Positions 20,675-30,000 of a stretch of 50,468 nt of DNA are shown in pieces. Position 1 is the stretch's first letter, and each line of letters begins with the position of its first letter. A model generated the notes under the pieces. That model did no database searches. It had not been told where the DNA came from and saw only the letters and a program-made list of their open reading frames with translations. Position numbers and translations under genes: made by a program. Source of the stretch: Lachnospiraceae bacterium (lineage in GTDB: Bacteria; Bacillota; Clostridia; Lachnospirales; Lachnospiraceae); the NCBI GenBank assembly GCA_021200695.1, contig JAJQGF010000336.1, forward strand, positions 1-50,468, in the 5' to 3' direction.

Positions 20675-21019
20675 CTAGAAATTACCACCGTTCCAGCCCC
20701 AGTTTGAAACTGCTTCGTATTTGATATAAATATGATCTGCAGAAATATTTAATACATCTTCAAATATCTTGCAAATTTCTCCGGTTAAAGCATCAAACGC
20801 TTTAGGATTTTCACTGCCATACACCTTAACCTCAATAAATGCCATCGGTTTACTGTTATCACCTCTAAAATATAAATGATAATTGTCCTGAAATCCCGTC
20901 ATGAGCCAAGACTCACTCTTTCCCGGTATCAGCGAAATCGCTTGTCCGAGTCTCGTCTTTAACTCCGTTGCCTGCTCCTTACTCATAGGTACGCTTACTT
21001 TTGAATCAATAAATGGCAT
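20675..21019 (-). CDS. MIF/phenylpyruvate tautomerase family protein
   Basis: N-terminal catalytic Pro (MPFI), PGKSESWLM, WGWNG end. Confidence 0.9.
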   Translation of the reverse strand: MPFIDSKVSVPMSKEQATELKTRLGQAISLIPGKSESWLMTGFQDNYHLYFRGDNSKPMAFIEVKVYGSENPKAFDALTGEICKIFEDVLNISADHIYIKYEAVSNWGWNGGNF

Positions 21020-21452
21020 TTTTTGTTCCTCCCGTTTTTAATTTTTTTAATAACACCTTTATAGCACAGACCACATTGAGGCAAACTTGGAAAAGCTGAG
21101 TGGATATACTGACTTCATCCTTCATCTGCGCCTTAGCCCATGGATAGAAAACCTTCGGATTACAATATTCCATATTTTCACACTATGCCCATTCGCCATA
21201 AAACTAAATATAAGTTTTTGTATGATAGTCTTCATCATTAAGATCTTCTATTCAAAATAACGAACATCCAGTTCAAAATATTCAGCCAGATATCAATCAA
21301 TTATAGCCTTTGCAATCTCTGTTTGCAAGCTTTCTGAAAAATAACTCCCAAATGCCCTGCATGTATTCCTTTCATTCGGGGACACATATCTATCCTTATA
21401 ATTTAAGTGAATTTAATTCTTATTAGCGATATCATATTCATACAAAGAAAGC

Positions 21453-21499
21453 ACCCACTCCGTTTGCCAACTGATATCAAACGGGGTGGGTTTTATTTT
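21453..21499. terminator. Strong hairpin with T-tract
   Basis: ACCCACTCCGTTTG/CAAACGGGGTGGGT followed by TTTATTTTTTT. Confidence 0.7.
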
Positions 21500-21590
21500 T
21501 TTGCTTATCTTTCTTATTGAAAAAGGTAAGCAGTGCAATGATTAAGCTACCAAAGGAAATCAACAAATCAATTATCCCAAGGAAAACCAT
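21477..21590 (-). CDS. Holin-like (type I TA) small toxin, probably degenerate
   Basis: Hand translation: MVFLGIIDLLISFGSLIIALLTFFNKKDKQKNKTHPV; upstream in-frame QYEI* suggests a lost N-terminus. Confidence 0.55.
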   Translation of the reverse strand: MVFLGIIDLLISFGSLIIALLTFFNKKDKQKNKTHPV

Positions 21591-21707
21591 TCAGATTTCA
21601 TACTGTGAACAGGGAGTAGTTTTAACCCTTCCTAAAATGTATAAGCATTCAACCAGCTCCTAAGTCCAACATACTTTGTTACAAGCTGTAGTTTCCCTTA
21701 TTCCGTA

Positions 21708-23090
21708 CTAATCCGGAAAGTTGGTCCATGGCTGCGTCGGTCTTGATTCGATAAATTCCTTAAGATAATCAAACTGTGGATGCGCCTTAAAGAAAGCATC
21801 AGCATCAAATGCCCTGCCACACGAGCTACCAAACCTTGCCAAAAGCTGCATATTTTCCGCCATTTCGGACGTGGTCACTTTTCCATCAATCGCTCCCTGC
21901 GGACGGAACGGAACGGGACGTCCCGGCTGACTCATATATTCTCTTGGGTCTAGTTCATAATGGGAGCACACCGTTCTAGAGCATGGATTATTATCTTTTC
22001 CAAGGTATACATCATAATGGTCTGCAAGAATACTCTGTGCGATTTCTGCATCAATCTGCCCCTTGTATTGTTCCATCAACTGTGGGAGACGCACCTGCCT
22101 TGCGCCCTGATGCCTGCGGATATCTGTATACCCAGTGTTGGAACATTCAAAATTACGAATGCGTACATCCTGAGGCGCATTGAAACCCACGAAATAACCG
22201 TCATCCAATATTTGGCAGTTATAAAATTTACATCCCGCCTCATACTGCATAATCTCCTGCTTTTTTATATCCCCGACAAGCCATGTACAAGAATATCCGC
22301 CAGTGTTCCCTTCCCAAAAAATGCTGCAAAATTCCTCTAGGCTTTCCGCCTCTTGTGCAGCTTTCCGTATGCGGATAAACTCTGGTATGCCATTAGCATC
22401 GTAAGCACAGAAACCTCCAATCGTCGTTTCGGTTATAACAAGTCCCTTCGATGATATGTAAAAATCCGACATGCTGTGTATCATACCCGGCTGGGACTGC
22501 ATAACCAAACGCTCCCCTTTTTCCGTAGTAAGGTCAATGATGACATTCATTGGAGATGCCATCTCAAATGGCACAAAACTGTTATGTGCTACAACAATCT
22601 TTCCATTTTTCGTATAGGAACCGGTTGCAATGAAAGCACTGCATCGATCAGGCGAGCCTGTCATAAAATGCTTGCCTGTCATTGCGTTATGTGGTATTTT
22701 GTTGTTCCCATCCCTCGTCATATCACGATAAGCGTCCTGTGCAACAGTCGGGAACCAATAATCCACCAACTCTTCAAATGCATTCCATGTAAGGATATCC
22801 TCCCATGAAATGAGGCGATCCATAACAGACTGAATCCCATGCGCAATGCCATCCATCTCCTCATAGTATTCCTTGTAATCCTGCGTGCAGATTTTCTGCC
22901 CCCACAACTTTACTGCATTACTGCGGAAGTATTCCCAGTCCATACCCGTTTCCAGATACATAATCTTCGCCTGATTATCAATGCTTTCGCATATTCTTTC
23001 GGCGAGCAGTTGTCCATGCTGCTTGCCGCGCTCCCACGGAGTGCCTGATATTTTAATGTAGTCCCAACCATTCTTATGTTTCTTCTCCAC
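21708..23090 (-). CDS. Ntn-hydrolase (peptidase C45/phospholipase-B-like) amidase or acyltransferase
   Basis: GTPWERGKQHG.LL N-terminus; internal R|CSAF autoproteolytic Cys; VAHNS; ITETT. Confidence 0.8.
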   Translation of the reverse strand: MEKKHKNGWDYIKISGTPWERGKQHGQLLAERICESIDNQAKIMYLETGMDWEYFRSNAVKLWGQKICTQDYKEYYEEMDGIAHGIQSVMDRLISWEDILTWNAFEELVDYWFPTVAQDAYRDMTRDGNNKIPHNAMTGKHFMTGSPDRCSAFIATGSYTKNGKIVVAHNSFVPFEMASPMNVIIDLTTEKGERLVMQSQPGMIHSMSDFYISSKGLVITETTIGGFCAYDANGIPEFIRIRKAAQEAESLEEFCSIFWEGNTGGYSCTWLVGDIKKQEIMQYEAGCKFYNCQILDDGYFVGFNAPQDVRIRNFECSNTGYTDIRRHQGARQVRLPQLMEQYKGQIDAEIAQSILADHYDVYLGKDNNPCSRTVCSHYELDPREYMSQPGRPVPFRPQGAIDGKVTTSEMAENMQLLARFGSSCGRAFDADAFFKAHPQFDYLKEFIESRPTQPWTNFPD

Positions 23091-23093
23091 TTA

Positions 23094-25184
23094 TTATTTC
23101 TCTCCTTTCATCTGTGCAACGCATTCCTCGATGCCTTCCTTAAATACCTTTGATATGGTATCAATAAAGCCCTCAGTAGTTGTCCATGGATTCATAATTG
23201 TATTTACCAGGCAATTGACTCCATCCGTACCGTTAAAATCAATCCCCCATGCATCCTTCAAAGCCTTTAACGGAGCCGCATATGCATCCTTCTCCAACGT
23301 TGTCATCATTAGTATGTAATCCACTTTGTCTTTCTCAGCTGTCTCAGAATCGCTAATGGAGAACTTGTCAAACAGCTTCTGATTCAGCTGATTGAGCTTG
23401 TCTGCATCATGGTTCCACTCTCCATCCTCAGTCTTATAATTTACCATAAAAGCATTGATGAGAACATCTGTTCCAAGCTCACTGAGAACGTACATAGCAT
23501 CCGCATCCTTATCTATGTCCTCATTGGTTTTCCCAATGATGTGCGTGCGAATAAACTTCAGTATCTCCCCTTCTCCTACAAGGGATAAGCTACCATCCGC
23601 TTTACTGATTCTGTCTGGAAGTTTTGCCAACATACGAATCTCAAAATCGTCCCCTTCTGACGGATTGCCCAACGTTATCCATTGACAATAGTATCTCTTT
23701 GCTGAAAAAGAGCATTCTCCCAGCAAAAGCCCATATCCGCTATTGTCTAGCGGAATAACCTTGTGCGCCATCCATACCGCTGCCGCAGCAGCCCCCGGTT
23801 TTGAACCTTCCACTCCATAAATACCCATATTCAATTCCGGATTAGAATGGATATAGGCAGCATCAAAGGTAATCATATTCTTTAACTTTTCATTCCTATA
23901 GCACAGCGAACCCGCAGGATATGGAATGAAGCCCGCCTTATGCGGATCAATTGTGATTGTATCGGCAAGGTGTAATTTTGCATACTGTCTGCTTCCAAAT
24001 TCGGACATTGGCAAATCAGGTACATACAGGGACTCACTAAGGTCATCCTTAGCTGTTGACACAAACATGGTCTTTAAGTACCCGCCCCATGCTGCGTCAC
24101 AATGCAGATGGAAATACAGCGGAGTTTCCTTCTTACGATACTGCTCTCTTAAAGAGAGCGTATAGCAAAGGTCATCGACAGCCCCTTCCTCAGTGCTACC
24201 AATTACATTAACGACCATGATAACCGGTATCTGCTGCTCTACACATTCCGCAAGACATTTTTCCAGTTCACCCGTATCCATCCTGCAATGCTCGTCCACA
24301 GCTACCCCTTTTACGCAGTCTCTGCCAAGCCCCAAAATCGTAGCCGCTTTCGGCCATGAATAATGCTTTGTCGCAGGAACAAGTACCCTAGGTTCTTTAA
24401 TATCCGGATATTTTATGGCATAGTAAGCAATTCCTTTGTTCTGAAGCAAATATGGTGACAGATACCCCTCCAGCTCAGCTTCATCTTCTAACCCCGCCAT
24501 TTTAACAATCTGCGCAGGAAGTCCCAGCACAGTGTCCTCATCCAAATTAAGCAGCTCCCATGCTGTGCAGTCTACAAACCTTTTTTCACCTTTATCCAGC
24601 ACAGGCACAGTAAGTGCTTCTTTTGCCTTTGCAAGTTCCGGAGCATCCAGTGCTTCCTTTACAGCCAGAGGGTAATACTTGATATTTCTTGCCGCCCACA
24701 TAGCCTCAAGGTTTGCAATAGAACCATCTGCTGTAATATGTCCCCATGAACTACTCGTATCAAAACCAAGCAACCCACAAAGCTGAGTGCCTACTTCCTT
24801 TTCCATCTCTGCTGTGACCGGGCTTGCCTCAGATGCGACGTTGTTCTGGTTGAAAAGCATAGCTGTCATATATCCAAGCATTCCGGGTATCACAGTATCC
24901 CAAAGCATATGTGCCTGATAACGCGGTGTATAGAATGGAACGCTGCCATGAAGCTTCTCACATAATTCCCTGTGCGCACTATTAATTGCTTCTACCTGAG
25001 CCTGATACTCGGCAGAATCCTTCATTTCCTGCGTAATATATTTGGGATCATTTTTCTTGTAATGCTCCTCACGATACAAAGCATGTTCAGAAATTGTGTT
25101 AGAGACAAGTTCTTTGAAAAATTCTCCATTTTCTCCTTTCGGTCCAATAAACCATGCCGCTAGGCTTTTGTAATCTGTCACCAT
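23094..25184 (-). CDS. Group II PLP-dependent decarboxylase, tyrosine-decarboxylase-like
   Basis: FIGPKGEN, DGSIANLEAMW.ARN, HYSWPKA, GSTEEGAVD, HCDAAWGGY, TIDPHK (PLP Lys), EGSKPGA. Confidence 0.9.
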   Translation of the reverse strand: MVTDYKSLAAWFIGPKGENGEFFKELVSNTISEHALYREEHYKKNDPKYITQEMKDSAEYQAQVEAINSAHRELCEKLHGSVPFYTPRYQAHMLWDTVIPGMLGYMTAMLFNQNNVASEASPVTAEMEKEVGTQLCGLLGFDTSSSWGHITADGSIANLEAMWAARNIKYYPLAVKEALDAPELAKAKEALTVPVLDKGEKRFVDCTAWELLNLDEDTVLGLPAQIVKMAGLEDEAELEGYLSPYLLQNKGIAYYAIKYPDIKEPRVLVPATKHYSWPKAATILGLGRDCVKGVAVDEHCRMDTGELEKCLAECVEQQIPVIMVVNVIGSTEEGAVDDLCYTLSLREQYRKKETPLYFHLHCDAAWGGYLKTMFVSTAKDDLSESLYVPDLPMSEFGSRQYAKLHLADTITIDPHKAGFIPYPAGSLCYRNEKLKNMITFDAAYIHSNPELNMGIYGVEGSKPGAAAAAVWMAHKVIPLDNSGYGLLLGECSFSAKRYYCQWITLGNPSEGDDFEIRMLAKLPDRISKADGSLSLVGEGEILKFIRTHIIGKTNEDIDKDADAMYVLSELGTDVLINAFMVNYKTEDGEWNHDADKLNQLNQKLFDKFSISDSETAEKDKVDYILMMTTLEKDAYAAPLKALKDAWGIDFNGTDGVNCLVNTIMNPWTTTEGFIDTISKVFKEGIEECVAQMKGEK

Positions 25185-25323
25185 AAATATACCTCCTCAC
25201 AATATACAGAATAAGGAAACGCAGCAATTTGTTTCCATTTATTCTTCTGTCACAAATGATGTTATTATAAATCTCACTGTCGCAACTACCATACTTGAAT
25301 ACTAACTTTCACACATTGCTTAC

Positions 25324-25467
25324 TTATTTCTGTTTCTTTTGTGGTCTCATTGGCTGATGCAGAAGTCCACCACATAATGGTGGCCATCCACTCATATTTC
25401 GAATCACCTCATTTCTTGCAACACGCTCAACTGCCTTCAATACTTTTTTGTCAATCTTTTTTTTCAT
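25324..25467 (-). CDS. agrD: AgrD-type autoinducing peptide precursor (47 aa, not in the ORF track)
   Basis: MKKKIDKKVLKAVERVARNEVIRNMSGWPPLCGGLLHQPMRPQKKQK; C-x4-HQP-x-x-P motif; ATGA overlap with the agrB stop; AGGAGG RBS. Confidence 0.88.
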   Translation of the reverse strand: MKKKIDKKVLKAVERVARNEVIRNMSGWPPLCGGLLHQPMRPQKKQK

Positions 25468-26048
25468 ACATCTCTCACCTCCTGACGTAATATTTTAGAA
25501 ATAATCAACAATACTGCACATAGCATTACTGCAGTTGCCATATAACTTATAATAATCATTTCAACATTTAACAATCCTGCTAAACAAATCACAAATAGTT
25601 CTATAGCTAAAACTTGTTTTGCTATTTTTTTCGACTCTAATAGCTCTTCCTTGCTCATATGCATACAGGGATGATTTACAGTCCCTATTAGACATATTAT
25701 TGCTGACGCAATAATCACCCCTACATAAACCACAAGACCGTTTTCTGCTAATATAGGATTTATGAAAAAAATAATTATATAAGTTCCAACAGATTCCAAA
25801 TAACATAAAAGAAATGTATTCGCATGATATCCACCTGTTCTTTGCCTTAACCCTGTGAAAAATAATAAAAAAAGTATTGTTTGAAATAAACACCCCAAAA
25901 ATATACTAATGAGCAAAATACTTCCTATAGTAACGATTTTTTCAAGATAGATTTGTAACACATATATGTATTCTTCTCTCATTTTATCATCTATTAATTT
26001 TTCACGAACCATTCGTCCTACTAAATTATTTACTAATTTTTCAACCAT
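25464..26048 (-). CDS. agrB: AgrB-family peptide-processing membrane protein
   Basis: LRQRTGGYHA....C catalytic motif; polytopic. Confidence 0.92.
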   Translation of the reverse strand: MVEKLVNNLVGRMVREKLIDDKMREEYIYVLQIYLEKIVTIGSILLISIFLGCLFQTILFLLFFTGLRQRTGGYHANTFLLCYLESVGTYIIIFFINPILAENGLVVYVGVIIASAIICLIGTVNHPCMHMSKEELLESKKIAKQVLAIELFVICLAGLLNVEMIIISYMATAVMLCAVLLIISKILRQEVRDV

Positions 26049-26104
26049 AGTAATCACCCTATATTGTTTATAATAGAAAAAACAGTTAAAAATCAAGACG
26101 GCTT

Positions 26105-26160
26105 GCAAAAATCGGATTAAAAAAGCAAAAAACGGATATAAAAGCAAAAAAAAGCGGAAA
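26105..26160. promoter_or_regulatory. Three imperfect direct repeats upstream of agrB (candidate LytTR sites)
   Basis: GCAAAAA..CGGA units, with CGGA at 26113, 26133 and 26155 (20-22 bp spacing). Confidence 0.55.
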
Positions 26161-26169
26161 TACCTGCAA

Positions 26170-27489
26170 CTATCCATTGCATGTATTTCCGTTTGGAATG
26201 AAAATTGAAAAATAAAACTCTTCACCATCTGGCCTTATAACATAGGAGCCTCCATATTTTTCTATTACATTGGTAATATTACTAATTCCAATTCCATGTT
26301 CATCCCCTTCATTCTTCGTTGTTAAAAACATTCCATCGTGCTTGATTGGTGCATGTTCATATGTATTTTTCACAGAAATAATAATCGCCTGTTTTTCAAT
26401 TAAAAATTTCATCTTTATTACTCTTTTTTCATGACATTTTTCGCATGCTTCTATTGCATTATTAAGTAAATTTGATAAAATCACTACAATATCTTCATCA
26501 GACACTGTTAATGCCGATAAATCGTTTATTTGAAAAACAAATATGATATTTTTTTCCATCATCTCACAATACTTCGTGTTTAATATAGCATCAACTATTA
26601 CATGATTTGTACAGATATTATCTGAACTCGTTTTTAATACATCACCAATTTCATTGATATAATTTTTTGCTTCTTGTACTTTATCTCTATCCAAAAGTGA
26701 CTTTATACATACCAGTTGATTTTTATACTCATGTGTCTTTTTTCGCTGTCTTTCAAGATTTTCTGAAATGGAATAATACATTTCAATTTGATTGTTCATT
26801 TGAATACGAAAAATTCGATCTTCATAAATCTCATTTTCCCTTTTCATAATATCACAAATCAAACAGAATACTACTATATTCATTCCAACCAAACAAAATG
26901 CTATCACGAAAAAAACCATGTCCCTATTTTGAAAATTCGGATTACCTAACAAAAAAATCATACAAACTATAGTGCAAATAGTATAAATAGGGAAAAAAAC
27001 AAATTTTAACCAATCCGAATCCTTCATAATTTTTATTTCATATTTCCCTACTGCTTTACGAATTATCAATACAATTAAAAAAAGGATTACCTTATCAAGT
27101 AAAACTAATAAACCACCTTGAATATAATAAATGTTATCTATCTCCTCAATATTCTTGAAAACCGTTACACATAACAAAAACGCCAAATAATCTACTACAA
27201 ACATAAGCCCTTCATACAAAAGCGCGATAATAAATGATTTAATGAAACTTATTTGAATAATGCAGTACATCATTATGGCAATTGCGATAATTACAATTAT
27301 CACTTTTAATAAAACCATCTGTTCAAAAAACAAAGCACTACAATAAACTTCCAAAACTAACAAAAGTAACAATATATATTCTATCCATCTTTTGACCTTC
27401 TCTTTTTTCTTCCCAAAGGCTCCGTAAAAAATTCTACAGCATACTACTTCTAGAATAATTATTAATATGCTTTCAACATAATCAAACAT
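26170..27489 (-). CDS. AgrC-like GHKL sensor kinase
   Basis: Multi-TM N-terminus, HEYKNQL, SNLLNNAIEAC, HGIGI. Confidence 0.92.
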   Translation of the reverse strand: MFDYVESILIIILEVVCCRIFYGAFGKKKEKVKRWIEYILLLLLVLEVYCSALFFEQMVLLKVIIVIIAIAIMMYCIIQISFIKSFIIALLYEGLMFVVDYLAFLLCVTVFKNIEEIDNIYYIQGGLLVLLDKVILFLIVLIIRKAVGKYEIKIMKDSDWLKFVFFPIYTICTIVCMIFLLGNPNFQNRDMVFFVIAFCLVGMNIVVFCLICDIMKRENEIYEDRIFRIQMNNQIEMYYSISENLERQRKKTHEYKNQLVCIKSLLDRDKVQEAKNYINEIGDVLKTSSDNICTNHVIVDAILNTKYCEMMEKNIIFVFQINDLSALTVSDEDIVVILSNLLNNAIEACEKCHEKRVIKMKFLIEKQAIIISVKNTYEHAPIKHDGMFLTTKNEGDEHGIGISNITNVIEKYGGSYVIRPDGEEFYFSIFIPNGNTCNG

Positions 27490-28215
27490 CACAACTCTCC
27501 TATGTATGTCACATAAGCATTCCAAACTTCTTTATATCTTGCCTTTGGAATCGGAAGAACCTTTCCATCATACAAAATTATCTTATAGTGGCAAATATCC
27601 TCAATATATTTCATATTCACTAAAAAACTCTGATGACATCTTAAAAATTGCCTGCTATCAATATACTCCTCCATTTTATTTAAAGTCTCATATGTAGTAT
27701 AGGTAACCAATTTATCTTCCATCACATGAAACTCCAGCCTGTGCTTTTTACTTTCCACATACAAAAGACAATCCAATGACACCGTTTTCTTCCCCTCGTG
27801 AAATCCAAACTCCCTCCATATCACATCACATTGCATTTTCTTATATATGGCATCCATACATTCCGCAATATGTCCTTGCATATTTTTGCTGCCTTTCAGC
27901 AAAAAAACGGATAGCATCCACCTTATAGCCTTCCATGCTATAATCAACAAAAGCAGTAATAAAGACAATAAAAACCTCTATATTCTGTTCCCTGATTTTC
28001 TTTGCCACCATAAGTCCATCGATATGATCCATATTTATATCTAAAAAGATAATCTGGTATTTATTCAATTCTATGCCTAAATCTAATAGTTCCTTCCCGG
28101 ATTGAAAAGTATCAATCTCATATACTACCCCTTTATCCTGCATATATTGCAGCAGCATCTCCTTTATCCAGCCTCGAAAGAACGCTTCATCATCACAAAT
28201 TGCTATACTCAACAA
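27489..28215 (-). pseudogene. AgrA-like LytTR response regulator with a +1 frameshift in a T7 run
   Basis: Receiver (IAICDDE, FLDINM) and LytTR (FLRCHQSFLVN) domains in different frames; T7->T6 at 27901-27907 restores AIRFLLKG. Confidence 0.85.
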
Positions 28216-28989
28216 ATTTTTTTCTCCTTAATTAAAAAAATGACCAATTAGTGTTACAATATGTATCACTTATCATTCCGTTTTTCTATAGTGTTCTTCA
28301 TGTCCCCCTAAATTATATATTCAAAACCTGCTCGTATGTCTTGGCGCGAGATTCGGGTAATCTTTGCTTACATGATCCATTCCAAATCTCTGCGCATCCT
28401 TGCGGAGCATAGAGCAATGGGGAACCATCTCCCATTTGATCTATCTCACACCAATCATTATACTTATATCTTCCCTTTGAATACTAAACTCATGCTGCGC
28501 CTTTGGCTTGCTTTAACTGCTTGTTCACATGCGTTCAGTGTTTACATTATATCGTGACTTTTGAAGCATGAACGCTTACCTCAAAACCTCCGGTTTTTTC
28601 GGTGTTCGTTGCACTCACATAGTTCCTTGAGCCTTTATCTGCCTGCAAGCAGGCGCTAAATGCTCTGCGTCACTGCGTTCATGTTTATGCGTTCATTATA
28701 TCATATTTACTAATATCTCTCTACATAAAATTTAATTTTCTAAACTCCACTTTTGATTTTTGCAAAGCTAATAACGCCTTGCACACGTAGTACATTTCAC
28801 TCCTTATAGCGGTCTAAATGTCTTATACTAAGCATCATATCCTCTGGTGCATATCCAAAGCATTTTCTTAGCTCATCCAATGCGCTTCTGTCCTTCCAAA
28901 TTCCGATTGTTAATCCATAATTTCTTTCACATTTAATTCGTATTATATCCTTTTCCCTCGTGTTACGACCCTCATAAGGGAAAAATACA

Positions 28990-29021
28990 ATAGACAAGGC
29001 TTGATTGTCAGCCTTGTCTAT
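28990..29021. terminator. Hairpin closing the ACGX operon
   Basis: Perfect ATAGACAAGGCT/AGCCTTGTCTAT stem immediately after the DUF1848 stop. Confidence 0.7.
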
Positions 29022-29960
29022 CTATATGATATCAAATATATTCATCTGATTATCTCTCCAGCTTTTCTGCTCTGCTTCATGAATTACATCACCGGGTTGC
29101 AGATGACCTATGAGAAACGGAGCGTGTGGATCATGCTGTTTCATATTTCTCCGTACTGATTCCTTATCTGCATTCGCATAGCAATATCTGCAAAGATGTC
29201 CACAGGTATTGTACTGTCCAATATCTCTTCCAAACACGCAGGCACACTCTGCTCTCTGTGACTTTACAGATTTTGGAATCAATAATCTTCCTTCAATCGC
29301 CTTTTCATATATGCTCTGTGTAACACATCCATTACAATCTGCTCCATATTTTTCGAGTTCATTGCCTTCTGCACAGGGGCGAATGGTAATATCGTATTTT
29401 TCCCCGATACGAATCATTTCTTTTCCCAGCGTTAATCGTTCTTCCTTCGTTACTTTTCTAGCTTCCGGAAAGTTCCTTTTTGTCTTCTCATACAGATCAA
29501 TAAAACTAATCACACAGCTATGCGTATAACCGGCAAGTTTTTCTGCCATATGTTCAAAAACTTCTATATGTCTCTCCACCGTATAAGTCTCTGATATAAA
29601 TATCGGATCATATCTCCACCCGCAGGAATTAACACCTAGCATTTGAGAGAGCCTTATAAAATCGTCAAGAGCCTTTTCCTTATCCGGTACATTTGGTTCA
29701 ATTTCTTTCCCATACGGAGTGATTGTTACAAACCAATACTGTCCATATGGTCTTAGGAAATCTATATATGGAAACATGGGGTTGGGATTCTTCGTACAAA
29801 AACCAATCAAGTCTACTACATCCGGATTAATCAGATACTTTGTAACCTGTGATGGGTTATAGGGATTGCGGGTATATACATACCCTTCTTTTATACGGTT
29901 TACAAACCATTCACTATAAAAAGCCGGAATATCCGTTCTCATTCCAGTCTGAAGAATCAT
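29022..29960 (-). CDS. DUF1848-family protein
   Basis: RTDIPAFYSEWF, TKNP, WRYDPI, C-terminal DIGQYNTCGHLCRYCYAN. Confidence 0.9.
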   Translation of the reverse strand: MILQTGMRTDIPAFYSEWFVNRIKEGYVYTRNPYNPSQVTKYLINPDVVDLIGFCTKNPNPMFPYIDFLRPYGQYWFVTITPYGKEIEPNVPDKEKALDDFIRLSQMLGVNSCGWRYDPIFISETYTVERHIEVFEHMAEKLAGYTHSCVISFIDLYEKTKRNFPEARKVTKEERLTLGKEMIRIGEKYDITIRPCAEGNELEKYGADCNGCVTQSIYEKAIEGRLLIPKSVKSQRAECACVFGRDIGQYNTCGHLCRYCYANADKESVRRNMKQHDPHAPFLIGHLQPGDVIHEAEQKSWRDNQMNIFDII

Positions 29961-30000
29961 TTTTTCACATCCCTTCTGTAATTTCATACGAATCCGCACT

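Noticed and set aside
28797-28997. 66-aa ORF after DUF1848 as part of the ACGX operon
   Set aside because: Begins inside the terminator hairpin with no RBS; at most a gene remnant
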